NCBI GenBank assembly: GCA_051294375.1
Contig: CM119265.1
Location: forward strand, 1,728,280-1,792,279
Reading direction: 5' to 3'
Source of the DNA: Paraspadella gotoi
Lineage: Eukaryota; Animalia; Chaetognatha
Length of the DNA: 64,000 nucleotides
The position numbers and the translations under genes are program-made. The notes beneath the pieces were generated by a model, which worked only from the letters and a program-made list of their open reading frames with translations, had not been told where the DNA came from and did not search any database. Positions 10,967-22,690 of this stretch are shown piece after piece. The stretch's first letter is position 1, and each line of letters begins with the position of its first letter.

Positions 10967-13900
10967 ATGCGTCCCTTCGTGAATCGGTCCCACCGTTTAG
11001 CCTCACTCGAAACTCACGATTTAACTTACCCTCGTTCCCACGCCGCGACTTTCTCACATTTACGAGGCGATCGAGCAAAAACTTACCCCAAAATTTACTT
11101 GAGAATTAAATTTATCGTCGCCTTCGTTTTCTTGGTCGAACCCGTGACGGTTTTTGGATCGGGTAAGTTTGACATGACCTGACTTGACATGACCTTACGC
11201 TTCTATTGATAAAATGTAAAGTCCAGACGACCGTAACTCAGATGCTCTTTTAATATAGGAGATATCGACATACGTCTCTTTCTCTCTTTTGCGGTCATTC
11301 CAGATTCTGCTCTGAAACGGGACTCTTCTCTAAAATAATAAACATTTGTGGACGCTTAGTGGATTCTTTGTGTGGATTTGTTTATTTACTATTGCTTCTT
11401 TTATTATTAGTTAGTATATTATTATTGTCTGTATGAATATCTATATGCTTTGATTATTTTATTAAGGTACCATTAAATATCAAGACTCCAAGTGGATAAG
11501 AAACTTATTATAAACTTTACGGCGCCAGCGGTCCCGGTCTTTAGTCCAGTTTCTCTCCCGACTTCTTCTCCCCCCGCTAGGTCGAGGAGGGGGGTTTCTT
11601 TCAAAAACACTTTTTTTAACGTAATTTGTGACTAGAATAATAGATAAATAATGAATAGGTTTTGTTTACTGAAATGATTTTCTAACAAGAACAATATGCC
11701 TAATAAAAGAGTGAAGAGACGGTAATAATTGTTGTATTAGTGACAGAACCGTTCAATATAAGCAGTTAAGCAGTCCCTGAGCTTCGGATCAGGCTGTAAC
11801 ATTGTGTTACAGGCGGGTTAAGCTTCATCTTTCATCCGAAAGACAACCCGAACGTTCGTTTCTCTACGCATTATATGAGATACCATTTTAAATATAGCTA
11901 GTTATTACAAAGGCTTAACATTTTCATACATCAATCTAAATTGTATTAGTATAAAATATAAGCCAATTTGAAACGAAGTTTTGAAATTTTTAGAACACTA
12001 TCTTACAATGATACATCGATATCAGTTAAATAGTAATTAAATTAGACAGTAAATTAAACTGTATTTAATTAATATAAAACTCTTTTTTCCCCCAGTGTTG
12101 ACGTGTTTAAAAGAAGCAGGAACGGTCTATGAAGGCCACGATTTCTACAACGGAAAACCTTTGCCTTATTCTCTGAGAGAATGCGAGCAATATTGTCTCG
12201 CCATGAAAAATTGCGCGGGTAAGCGATGGAGGGGTAAGGGATTTGGGGTAAGCGATAAGGGGTGAGGGATAATGGGTAAGCGATAATGGGTAAGCGATAA
12301 TGGGTAAGCGATAAGCGTTAAGGGGTAAGCGATAAGGGATAAAGGGTAAGGGGTAATGGGTAAGCGATAAGGGGCAGATTTAGCGGGTTGAGCATGCCAT
12401 GGGTTACGGGTTAGGAGGTAAGAGGGTTAGAGTAGTAATCATTGTAATTACTGTAATGGGTTTGTGGTTTTTTAGGTTTAAACGTAATATTAGGGTTAGG
12501 GGTTACGGATTAAGCTTAGGGATTAGATTACGTTTCTGGATTAGAGAATGTGTTTAAGATTTGTTATGAGATTAAGGTTAGATATTAAAGTGAAAATTAA
12601 ATTCTGGGAATCAGGAACGGTTATGGGCGCTTTCAGAAAATAGTGATAATAGGGTTGCATCGGCACGGGGGCTAAGGCTGTGGTAATAGGCAATGGTCAT
12701 AAGCAATGCAGTCTTAGGAGTAAATCTGAAGTTTTTTGACTTTAATTATCCTTTACGAACGGAGTTTTATTTTTGAAAAAAATAATTGTTAACGTCCTAG
12801 TTAATTCCTACAGACCTGGCCATTAGTGGCCTCTCCTACGAGCATCCGTGTCCTTTTTTGAAAAACTTAACGAAAGGCGTAACCCGTTTTGCGGTTTAAT
12901 TTTTTGTTTAAAAGGTTTCGTCTCCTACGAGAACAATTTTTACCGAATGTGTAACTTCAAAACTCGCATCGACTCGAAACGAAAACAACAGCGCGCAAAT
13001 TATACGGCGGGAATTTGTAAACAGGAAGAACCGCCAGGTATTCTATTAATTATATATACTAACCAATTGGCATTAACCTTTTATTTGGCTTTAATTTTAA
13101 GTACGTCGAAACAGTAAATCTCGAGATCCATCTTTGCAACCCCGAGTTAACATTTAAATACAATTGAAGCAATTTATACATCATATTATTCCACGTAATT
13201 GATAGGAAAGCCAGGTAATCTGTGTGTGGATAAACTAGACCGTTAGTCTTGATTGAAACCTTGCAGGGTCTTGCTATGTCATTAATAATGACTCATTATC
13301 TTGTAAGAGTGATGGAGGCCTCAAACCGCCAAAGCCTGTCCCAAGTCAGGGACAAGATAGCTTACTTATTAAATGAAAAATTGATATTGAAGAGACGGTA
13401 ATTATTGTTATGTGTTAGTGACAGAACCGTTCAAAATAAGCAGTCCCTGAGCTTCGGATCAGGCTGTAACACCATGTTACAGAAGGGTTAAGCGCCCCGT
13501 CCCTCTTAACTGCTAGGCGGCCACCGGGCTAGAACCCCAGACCTTTGGGTTGGGAGGCGAATGACTTGCCTCTGGCACCAATGGCCGCTGATGATTTTAG
13601 TCCACCAAAATATATTGGTTGTATCAATTTGTTGATATGAACTCTCGCTGTCGTCTTTTGAGACTTGCCATAGGCATAGAAGACACCTATTCCCTTCGCC
13701 CAACTAAAACCTCTATACAGATCTGGTCCAAAAAAAGTTTAATAGTTATGATGAAAGCATTTTGTTTCATTCTCTAAAAAACAATATTTTTTAAGATTCA
13801 GTTAATTAATATATCGGACAATCATTTACTTCTTGCACCGCAAATAAAAAGGGTTCAGCTCCTACCAAATACATTTTATAATTTTTTTGATTTTGTCGAC

Positions 13901-14532
13901 TGTTGTAGTATTGTACTCCAAAATGTCCTTTTTCATCCTTGACCAGATACTTTTGATGTTTTAGTCAGGCGAGTTTTAAGGCTAACCTTTTAGCACTTCG
14001 ATCTCATTTACCTCATCATATTTTTTGGTGGCTTTGGCTTAGTATTAAAAATTATATTCTTTATAAAAAGCCGCCAATTTATTGTTGAAAAATTGGCGAC
14101 AATTTCTGAAACCCCGTCTCCATTAAATTTAAATCCTCTTTATCTTTTCCCTCAGAACCCCCGACGACCTCTTCCGCGGATTTAGCCATTTCCCAAATCA
14201 TTTCTTTCGACGCCCGCCTCGCGGCCTTCGACGAGCGGCTCCGGACTCTCGACTCTCGCCTCCATTCCGTCGACGATCAACTCCGCCCCGCCGCGTGGAA
14301 TCGGCCGCCGCTGCAGCAGAGCCGCATTTTCCGCGGCGTCTGTCCTCTCAGCGCGGCGCTGCTCTGCCTCGTCGGCGTCGGCTGCGTATGCGTCGTCGTC
14401 TGCCGCGTGCGATCGAAAAGAAGAGGAGTCGAGAGTTGTCGGGGGCGGGAGGGGGAAGAGGAAGAGGAAGGGGTAGTGTATGTGGCGAAGGAAAAAGGGA
14501 AGAATTTATTGGGGGACGAGGAGACGGGTTAA
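10967..14532 (+). CDS. PAN/apple domain + coiled coil + single-TM membrane protein
   Basis: Exons 10967-11162, 12096-12218, 12915-13037, 14156-14532 (all phase 1). CLKEAGTVYEGHDF...CEQYCLAMKNCAGF...CNFK...AGIC matches the 6-Cys PAN pattern; heptads FDARLAAFDERLRTLDSRLHSVDDQL; TM LSAALLCLVGVGCVCVVVC followed by RVRSKRR. Start codon uncertain. Confidence 0.75.
11715..11822 (-). mobile_element. SINE family A, 3' fragment
   Basis: Reverse complement of the 3' half of 21483-21711. Confidence 0.7.
12217..12372 (+). repeat. About 14-bp tandem repeat GGGTAAGCGATAAT starting at a splice donor
   Basis: About 10 GGTAAG-containing units directly after the exon end at 12218. Confidence 0.8.
13157..13375. 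repeat. Interspersed repeat family B copy
   Basis: Aligns with 1812-2070. Confidence 0.75.
13390..13607 (-). mobile_element. SINE family A copy
   Basis: Reverse complement of 21483-21711. Confidence 0.8.
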
Positions 14533-14736
14533 GGGGGGGAAAGGTGTGTGGGATTTGTTGGAGTGTTGAAATAAAAGTAATTTTATACAGCTGGAATTAC
14601 TTCTAGACTTTTGAATATTATTTTGTTGTTTCACTTGCCAATTAAAATATTTTACAAAAGTGCATATTTTTACGTATTTGAACTATGAAATGCGATTTGG
14701 CCCCAACGATAATATTTAACCTTTTCGGCAATCCTG

Positions 14737-15210
14737 TTTTTCGTTGCGCCGCGAGTTCTCGCGGAGCAACTCTATGAGACACTTTAGGCGTCGGTCGGTC
14801 TGCCGGTCAGTTGGTTAGTATGTCTGTCCGTCGGTATGTCTGTCCGTCGGTCTGTCCCACTTCCGTTAAAAATGCTGATAACTTGGTTATGGTTTAATTA
14901 ATTTAGTTTATATTTGGTGTGATAGGAAGTTACAATAAGACCTTTAATGTGCATATGTATCATACTTGTCTTCACGTGATTACCTGAAAAGCAATCACAT
15001 GACCCAAAATTCAATGCGGCTTAAATTAAGTTGCAATTTTGTGTATTTTTGTGAAATTGAATATTAGTGACTCCAGTCCAAAGCTACATTGTTTTTAAAT
15101 GTAATCACTTGGAAAGACAGTCACTCCGGCGCAACACACAACGTTTTTAGTTGCGTCGCGAATACTCGCGGAGCAACTTTATAAGTGACTTGTCGGTCGG
15201 TCGGTCGGTA
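14737..15210 (+). mobile_element. Helentron-associated/DINE-1(HINE)-like non-autonomous element, plus a second head at 15144
   Basis: T-rich start, subterminal palindrome GTTGCGCCGCGAGTTCTCGCGGAGCAAC and (GTCG/GTCY)n microsatellite; copies at 28541 and 50340-50442(-). Confidence 0.6.
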
Positions 15211-16006
15211 TTCTTAATTCTTATAAACAATAAGGAATAAATGACATGATAAGTAAAAAGAAAAATAACGCAACGCAACACCTTAATGAGTTTTTTTTAA
15301 TGAGTCATAAGTTCAATTTTGTGTCCAGATTATCGGTTTTAAGCCGTAAATTACGGATTGTGATAAGCATTTATCATACATTCAAAAGTCTCTTTCTCAA
15401 ACTCTGTGGTAGCCAGAGTAAAATTGGTTTTAAATTCTTACCCGAGTCTTTTTGCAATTTTTTTTTTATTACGTATTAATTATTTTTCGTGTTTTGCTTT
15501 ATTTGCTTTTTTTTGGTTGTTTGGTTTATTTTATCGAAATTTCTTTGTCGCTTTTTTCAAAATCGCATCTCACATACGTCCACCCCCTTTTCTGCATCAC
15601 GTGATAATCATATTTGTGTGGGGGAAAAAACGTGTGATTAATTTGGGGATTTGAGGATTTCCTAATTTAAGATGAAAGATTTGGATTTTTAAGTTTAATA
15701 ATTGTCAATGTAGAATTGATGAGCATTAACTAATGGATTAAGTCATGGATTTTTGTGAAAATCTATTTCAATCGTCGATTATTTGTAAGTTATAACAATT
15801 TGATCTCAATACAGTGAATTTACGTACATGTCTAAACGAGCATAATACTTTATTTACTCTCAAGCCAAGGGTCTCAAATTTCGAATAGTAAGTGTTAAAA
15901 CAGTTTTGTTGACAAATTAAATGGCTACAGTATAGCAGTTCTTTAATAATACTCTGCCAATGCTAATAAGCATAAATGGAGATTGAATAGTAAAAAATGG
16001 TATAAA

Positions 16007-16770
16007 TGTGGATAAAGCGCTAAGTGGGCTGAAGATGACTATGCGCAACTTTTTTAACCCCTCTGGTAGCCATGGAACGGGTCCTGGGCTTGGAACCAGG
16101 CTTGAGCCGTAGGGGGAGACTAACTCAGTAAGGTGGTTAAGAAATTGAATTCAGCACCTGCTCAAACGAAAATTTAAACATTTTTTTAAAAATTTGAATA
16201 GACAAAATTTTTTTATATTACTCCATGCTCCATATATTAATTTTTTAATATTTATTTATAAATAGGAAAGGCTAAAAATGTTTTGGGGATTTTTTTATTT
16301 TAAAGATCAAAGTATATTTTTTTTTCGATATTTTGATCATAAGTATGTGAAAAATATGAAAAACTATTTATAATCATCATTTTTCGATAATTTTATTACT
16401 TTTTCTTAATTTTGACCAAGAAAACATAAATATTTTCGAAAGTTGTAGTTAAATTTTTTATTTAACTTTTTATGCTCTTTCAGAATCCATCAAAAAAAGT
16501 TAAGATTGATTAAAAAAAAATTTTATCATTATATAGTAATATAGTAATTTTAATAGGACCAATAAAAGCATTAAAATCGAACTTTTTTAAAAAAAATATT
16601 TTTTTACCTAAAAGTAGACTTCAAGACTAAAGTTTTGAACCCCCGCCCCTATTGAATTTAATTTCATAGTAGAGGGTTTTCCACGCCCCCAAGGCGGTCG
16701 TCCTCACGCTTCCCTCAGGGTAGGTACCGGGTTGGGATTGAACCCGGTACCTCGTGGTCCTGAGCTGATG
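16007..16770 (-). mobile_element. SINE family C copy interrupted by a family D insertion (16107-16671)
   Basis: 16007-16106 and 16672-16770 join (CTTGAG...GGTTTTCCA) to match the reverse complement of 20268-20597. Confidence 0.7.
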
Positions 16771-17172
16771 AATACAAATGAATTAATCTTAAATAACGAA
16801 AAATGGATCATTCATATGCTTATAATAATATTATGGGCTAAATTAATGACTTTTTTTTAAATTACGTAGGAGACAGTTGTGTACTAAAACCGCGAACCGA
16901 GCGCCGAGGAAATCGTAAAACGTTTAGAATTTTGGGAACAAAATAGCGTCGCTCGATGATAAAGAGAAAGCTTTGAAATTGGAATAAAATGAGCAATTAA
17001 GATGAATTTAAACTTCCGAACGAACTTTGTTCCAATGAATTGATTAAAATTAATCCACCTCGTATCTGCTGAATTATTTTTAAAGAACAATTGGCGAAAC
17101 TGGAGTAAGAACTTTTAAAGTTCTGTGAGTCCGAGCTGACCTCGTGAACGGGGGCTCCAGCTGAACGAAAAG

Positions 17173-17182
17173 GTCACGTGAT
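17173..17182. promoter_or_regulatory. CLEAR-like E-box GTCACGTGAT upstream of the PAN-M6PR-tail gene
   Basis: Close to the TFEB/MiT CLEAR consensus GTCACGTGAC; partial GTCACGT sites at about 17290 and 17527. Short motif, could be chance. Confidence 0.3.
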
Positions 17183-17337
17183 TACACCGAGTTTAGACGA
17201 GACAAAACGAAATAAAGGAAATAAAAACAGAATGAAACAGCGCGCGGAATCTATTTAATTGTTAATAAAATAATAAATTTAAAATCATTCGTCACGTCTT
17301 TTTTTTCGTAGTATTAAAAAGTTTTTCTCTCTTTTTC

Positions 17338-17375
<38 letters not shown>

Positions 17376-17586
17376 CGAACTTTGTTCCAGATTTGTGATC
17401 TCGAATTAATTGCCTTCACTCCGAAGGGTTAAGAAACTTTGACTGACTTTTAATTTTCAATTCAAGATTCAGAAGAAACAATATAAACTTTTTTAAATTT
17501 AAATTTCACGAATTTTTGTGAATCGCGTCACGTATTTTGATTCCCGCGTCTAACGTTGCCTCACTTCGCCTCACTTCGCCTCACCA

Positions 17587-20500
17587 ATGACCATGACGAA
17601 CTCACTTCTTTCTTCAGCCTCGAAAACTTACCTTTTATCTCGCTTTATTCTCCACTCGACGACAACACGCCTTCTTCTTGGTCTCATGCTTTTAACGTTG
17701 GTCAGAGTTTCGGGTCAGCCCAGGTCTCATGGTAAGGTCAACTGGGTTCAACTTGACCAAAAGACCATAGTGAAACGACCCTTTTTGATAATAGGGAATT
17801 TTATAATATATATGAATAATACACAATATTACACATTGTATATATGTTCATTTTAGACATAGATTATATTCTCTCAGTGACCAAACCGTTTTTGAGCTAA
17901 ATTGACCACAATGCATAAGTTTTGATCGGACTGGATCGTATTTTGACCAACAACTATGGTAACGAGATGACCCCATTTTTAACCCATTTTAAAATCAGAT
18001 CAGGCTTGAGTCATTGATAAATCATCGTAGTAGACATAGTTCTGAACACTGACCAGTGGCCGGCACAGGTTGAAAACTAGAAGTTCACTCAAATAAATAA
18101 TGGTTAAGTGACTGTTAGAGAATATGAAAAAAAAAATTTTTTGAAAATTTATCTTATTGATTAGGGCACGGAAGCATTTAAAGATTATTTTATTACTATA
18201 TAAAGTTTAAAATTTGTTTTTAATTTTTCAATTTTTGTTAATAGATTCTGGTAGAGCTTTAAAAGTTAGATAAAGGTTATTAATACAACTTTTTAAATTT
18301 TTTTGTTTTATTGATAAAAATTTTAAAAAACTATAAAATTCAGCCAATAATGATGATGATGATCATTTTTAAGATTTTTTTAATTTTAACCAATTTATTG
18401 TCAAAATTTTAAAAAATTGTAGTACTAACTTTCATTTAACTTTTCAAGCTCTATAGGAATTCGTTCTTAAAAAATAAAATTTAATTATTTTTTTTGTCAT
18501 TTGTTATATATTAATAAATATTTAAAAGCTTTAGTGAAACAACCCAATTCAACTAATTCAAAAAGTTGCATTGAAAATCTATTTAGTAATAGAAGGAAAA
18601 AAGAAATTTTTTTGAGAGAACTAGAAGTGACCGCGGACCACTGGCCAGTCTTGACCACATTTTGTTTTAAACTGATCACTATATTTTGGTCCCTTTTTTG
18701 TTTCCCTCTTAGGATTTTGTGTTGCGGAGAGAGGAATCGAATATGACGGAACCGGTTTTGGGAAACCGATTCCTTATGATATTGATGGATGTGAATCCTA
18801 TTGCCTGGCGACGGAAGACTGCGAGGGTGAGACCGTGAAAGAGAGAGAGAGAGAGAGATAGATTATATATATCACAACATCTAAACCTCATCAGGCTTCA
18901 TAATCACAGACGGTTTATGTGAGATGCAGAAAAGCATCGACTCTGAAACCAGAAGAGAAAATAATCACACAATCGCTGGACTTTGTATTCGTGAAAAACC
19001 CAAAGGTAAGTCACGATTTGGTAATTAATTAATTAATTGTAAGTCGTTCTATTCACAGTAATGATCTATTATTGTCAGGCTCTCTTTGTCACTGTCTGTT
19101 ACAGTTTGTCATTTTGGGTTCTTCTAAAAATTTTAATAAAGATCTAAAGAATTTGTTAGATTATCATTAATATCATTATTCTAAAATCTACATCGTTCAT
19201 TCCTCAGGTTTTTGCCTTTTGGACAGCGGGGTCGACTACTTGGGTCACGATTTAGGTTCATCGATTCCAGACTCCAATGTGAATCTTTGTGAAAAGTCTT
19301 GTCTCTCGGACGACGAATGCGTTGGTAATATTTTGCATTTGTTTTATATATTTTATATAATATTTTTGATCTGTTCTAGTTAGTTTTTATACAAGGTTTG
19401 TGAAAAGGATGTGAAAGAAAACAAAAAAGTGCCATCTCTGAAACCTATAAAATCTTAAAATATACCCATGAGACTCTTAATGCGGTAGGTCATCAAAATC
19501 CGATCAAAGCAGGATTTTTTTTTAAATGCTAATTAAAGTTTTTGAACGAATATATGTAAAAACTATCCTTTGGGTTATTTGCCTTCTTAAAATATTTAAA
19601 AAGCAACTATCCGCTATTGATCAGGAGTCTAGCTTATTGATTCTTAGTAGACAAATTATACTTCTTTTTAAACTTATATTCTTCATTTCTGTCTTTCTTT
19701 TTATTTTCTCATTTTAAATCCTGCCTACTCTTTTATTCTTTTGTATCCTTCTCTCTTATTCTCCTTACTTTTAATTTCTTCCTCTCCTTCTAAAAAAAAA
19801 AGGATTCGTCGTCGACCCGAAATTCGTTTGTCGATTGAAATCAAAATTGGACGCAGACATGAGGATCGAAAAAGCCAAGTTTATGGCGGGAATTTGTGTG
19901 GGCGAAAAACATCCGACGCCTCCGGCCACTGGTGAGATTTTATGGAGGAGATTTATTTGATATCATTTATTTTTCTTTCATTTATTCTATTTATTGACGA
20001 TTTAAATTAATTGATTGATTGATTAGAATTTGTGAATTTTACTGGTTACCTATTGATTGGAAGATGAAATATATTGATTACATGATTAATTTGGTATTGA
20101 CTAATTGATCCTTTGTTTGCTCGATTCCATTTCGGTGATTTCTCCCCGAGCCTCCGATCCAGTTCCATCTCTGTATCTCCTGTAATGATATATTTGATAA
20201 TTCGATTTATTGATTAAATATACTACATATACTTTTTCGTTAAAGGCTCTGTAGTCGTGAACTGCAATATGTTCACCCAGCCTATGATCATAACACCAAT
20301 CGTGACCCGGTGCCTCATTGAGTAATACCGTCGGCTCATGACGATTAGGTACCGAGATCGATCCCCAATTGTACCGAGATCGATCCCCAATTGTACCGAC
20401 ATCGATCCCCAATTGTACCGAGACCGATCCCCAATGGTACCTTCCCTGCGGGAAGCGTGAGGACGGCCGTAAACCGCCTTGGGGGTCTGGAAAACCCTCA

Positions 20501-21077
20501 AGCCTAATTTCAAGCCCAGGACCCGTTCCATTGCTGCTGGGGGGGGCACGGAAGATACGGATAGTAGTCTTCAGCCCCACTTAGCGCTTTATCAACTGCT
20601 CTAATGATAAATTAATCGATTGATCAATTAGATATAGATTAATATGTTTTACTAATATTGATACAATTGATGCGATCTTCCTCCCTTCTCCTCCTCCTTT
20701 CTTTTTCACCAATAGACCTCTCCCCCCCTTCCTCTCTTTCCCGCGGAATCGTCGGCGTCATCGTCGTCGTCGTCGTCTTCACGGTCTACTGCATCGTCGG
20801 CGTCGTCTTCAACAAGTTCCATCGCGGCGCCGTCGGATCGGAGATCATTCCCAACAGAGAGTTTTGGTTCGGCTGTCTCAGCCTTTTGGCTCGACCGTGC
20901 CGTCCGGGGCCCGGCTCGGCTTACGACGCCGACGATCCTGCGGCGACGGCCTCGACGGAACGGTTGATGGGGGCGGCGCGGCGCGGTCCCGACGTCGCGG
21001 CTGCTGCTGCGCCGACCAAGGAGACGGGCCGGGCCCGGTATTCTGGGGCGGGAGAAAAGACGGGGACCCCGATCTGA
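17587..21077 (+). CDS. Type I membrane protein: signal peptide + 2 PAN/apple domains + CD-M6PR/ATG27-like TM and cytoplasmic tail
   Basis: Exons 17587-17731, 18713-18826, 18895-19005, 19208-19324, 19803-19931, 20716-21077 (all phase 1). PAN1 FCVAERGIEYDG..CESYCLATEDCEGF..CEMQK..AGLC; PAN2 FCLLDSGVDYLGHDL..CEKSCLSDDECVGF..CRLK..AGIC; TM/tail VVVFTVYCIVGVVFNKFHRGAVGSEIIPNREFW. Confidence 0.8.
18053..18646. mobile_element. TIR element (CCAGTGG..CCG / CGGACCACTGG) with a family D palindromic interior
   Basis: Imperfect terminal inverted repeats; internal arms GTAGAGCTTTAAAAGTT / AACTTTTCAAGCTCTAT. Confidence 0.55.
20268..20597 (+). mobile_element. SINE family C, longest copy, with a 22-bp B-box unit repeated 4 times
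   Basis: GTACCGAGATCGATCCCCAATT at 20349, 20371, 20393, 20415; flanks match the other family C copies. Confidence 0.75.
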
Positions 21078-21482
21078 GATTTTGGCTCTCTCTTCCGAGA
21101 GTGCCCCATTTCTGGCTCTCTTTTCGAACGGTGACAATATATTATCGCATTAACTGTCAAATATGTATGTAATAAATAACTGGAATTAAAATCGCGTCGT
21201 TCTTGATTTTTTTTTTTTTTTTTTTTTTTTGATTTTTTGTTTTTGTTAGGTTTTCTGAAATATAATCAATGTAATAAACTAAGCCATCAAAGCTCTTTGT
21301 CATGTAAACGTTGAAATAATCATCAATGTGAGGGATACATTTTTCTTTGCTGAAATGAATTATAGTGTAACAAATTGAAGCTGTTTGAAATAGAAAATGA
21401 AAAAAAGGCTCAATCAAACCTGCGTGACACTAAAAATGTTGAAATTTTTGTACTTGTAAAACCTTTTGAAAAATAAAGCTCT

Positions 21483-21711
21483 ATGGTGGACTAAAATCCA
21501 CCAACCGTTCATCAGCGGCCATTGGTGCCGGAGGCAAGTCATTCGCCTCCCAACCCAAAGGTCCGGGGTTCTAGCCCGGTGGTCGTCTGGCAGTTAAGAG
21601 GGACGGGGCGCTTAACCCGCCTGTAACATGGTGTTACAGCCTGATCCGAAGCTCAGGGACTGCTTATATTGAACGGTTCTGTCATTAACACTTATCAATA
21701 ATTACTGTCTC
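21483..21711 (+). mobile_element. SINE family A copy
   Basis: Near-identical to 481-697. Confidence 0.8.
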
Positions 21712-22690
21712 TTCAGCTCAATCAATAAAGGAATTGTACCCTAACCAAGGATATGAAGACCTATAGAGAATGCTTTTTGCATTGCTGTGGTCCAAGTCTG
21801 CTGATAATAACATGGATGCTTTCTGATGACAGACAATTCTTATGCCGTTGAAAATATACTATGTATTTCAATCACAGAGATAAACTCAAATTCAAACAAT
21901 CACGTGGCAGATACTGACGATAGTAAGGGATCATATTTCGTTTTAACATCAGTAGCTAAATCAAGGATGATGGTAAACAGAAAGGCAAATCTCGCATAAA
22001 TTTACATAATTCTGAAGAACTTGACTAAAATAAATCAAATTAGGAATTTTCGAAAATAAATTTCGTTTTTTGTTTTTTGTTTTTTTTATTTCTTGAACTT
22101 TGACTTTTTAAGATAAGGTCTTAAACATAAAGACACCTATAGATTATAGAGTCAGAAAGAAAGGAGAGAGGAAGAGAGAGAGAATAATTGAAAGACGGTT
22201 ATAAGTAAATATTAACATAATCGCGAGAAACGTTAATATAAAAGAAGGAAAAAATGGTACCGAACCGATTTGCTTTGTTTATAACAAATATATTTCGTAA
22301 CAAATGTCAGATTATTATAACAGAAAGGAAATTAATACATATCATTAATAAGATTACCATTTTTTATTAGTTTTTTCAAGCCTAATTTATAATATAATAT
22401 AATAAAGACATTAATTAAGACATTAATTGAGACATTGAGTCCAGTTTTAGAAAGTTTTAGAAAAAAGTGAAAGTAATAAAAATTTTATCTAGAATAATAC
22501 AGAAACATACATCACAACAATATATAATACCAAAACATTCTAGTCTATGCAAGACATTTTTTTTACAAAATTATAGCTACATTGAGTAGTTTCAGCTACT
22601 TTACTACGAGAGTCTTTCATTCCACTGCTATATTGTTATACAGAGACACAATTACTGTACAATTATAAGAAGGTTTACATACAAACCAAA

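Noticed and set aside
20349-20441. CRISPR-like direct repeats
   Set aside because: Head-to-tail units without spacers, inside a SINE in a eukaryotic intron; no cas genes.
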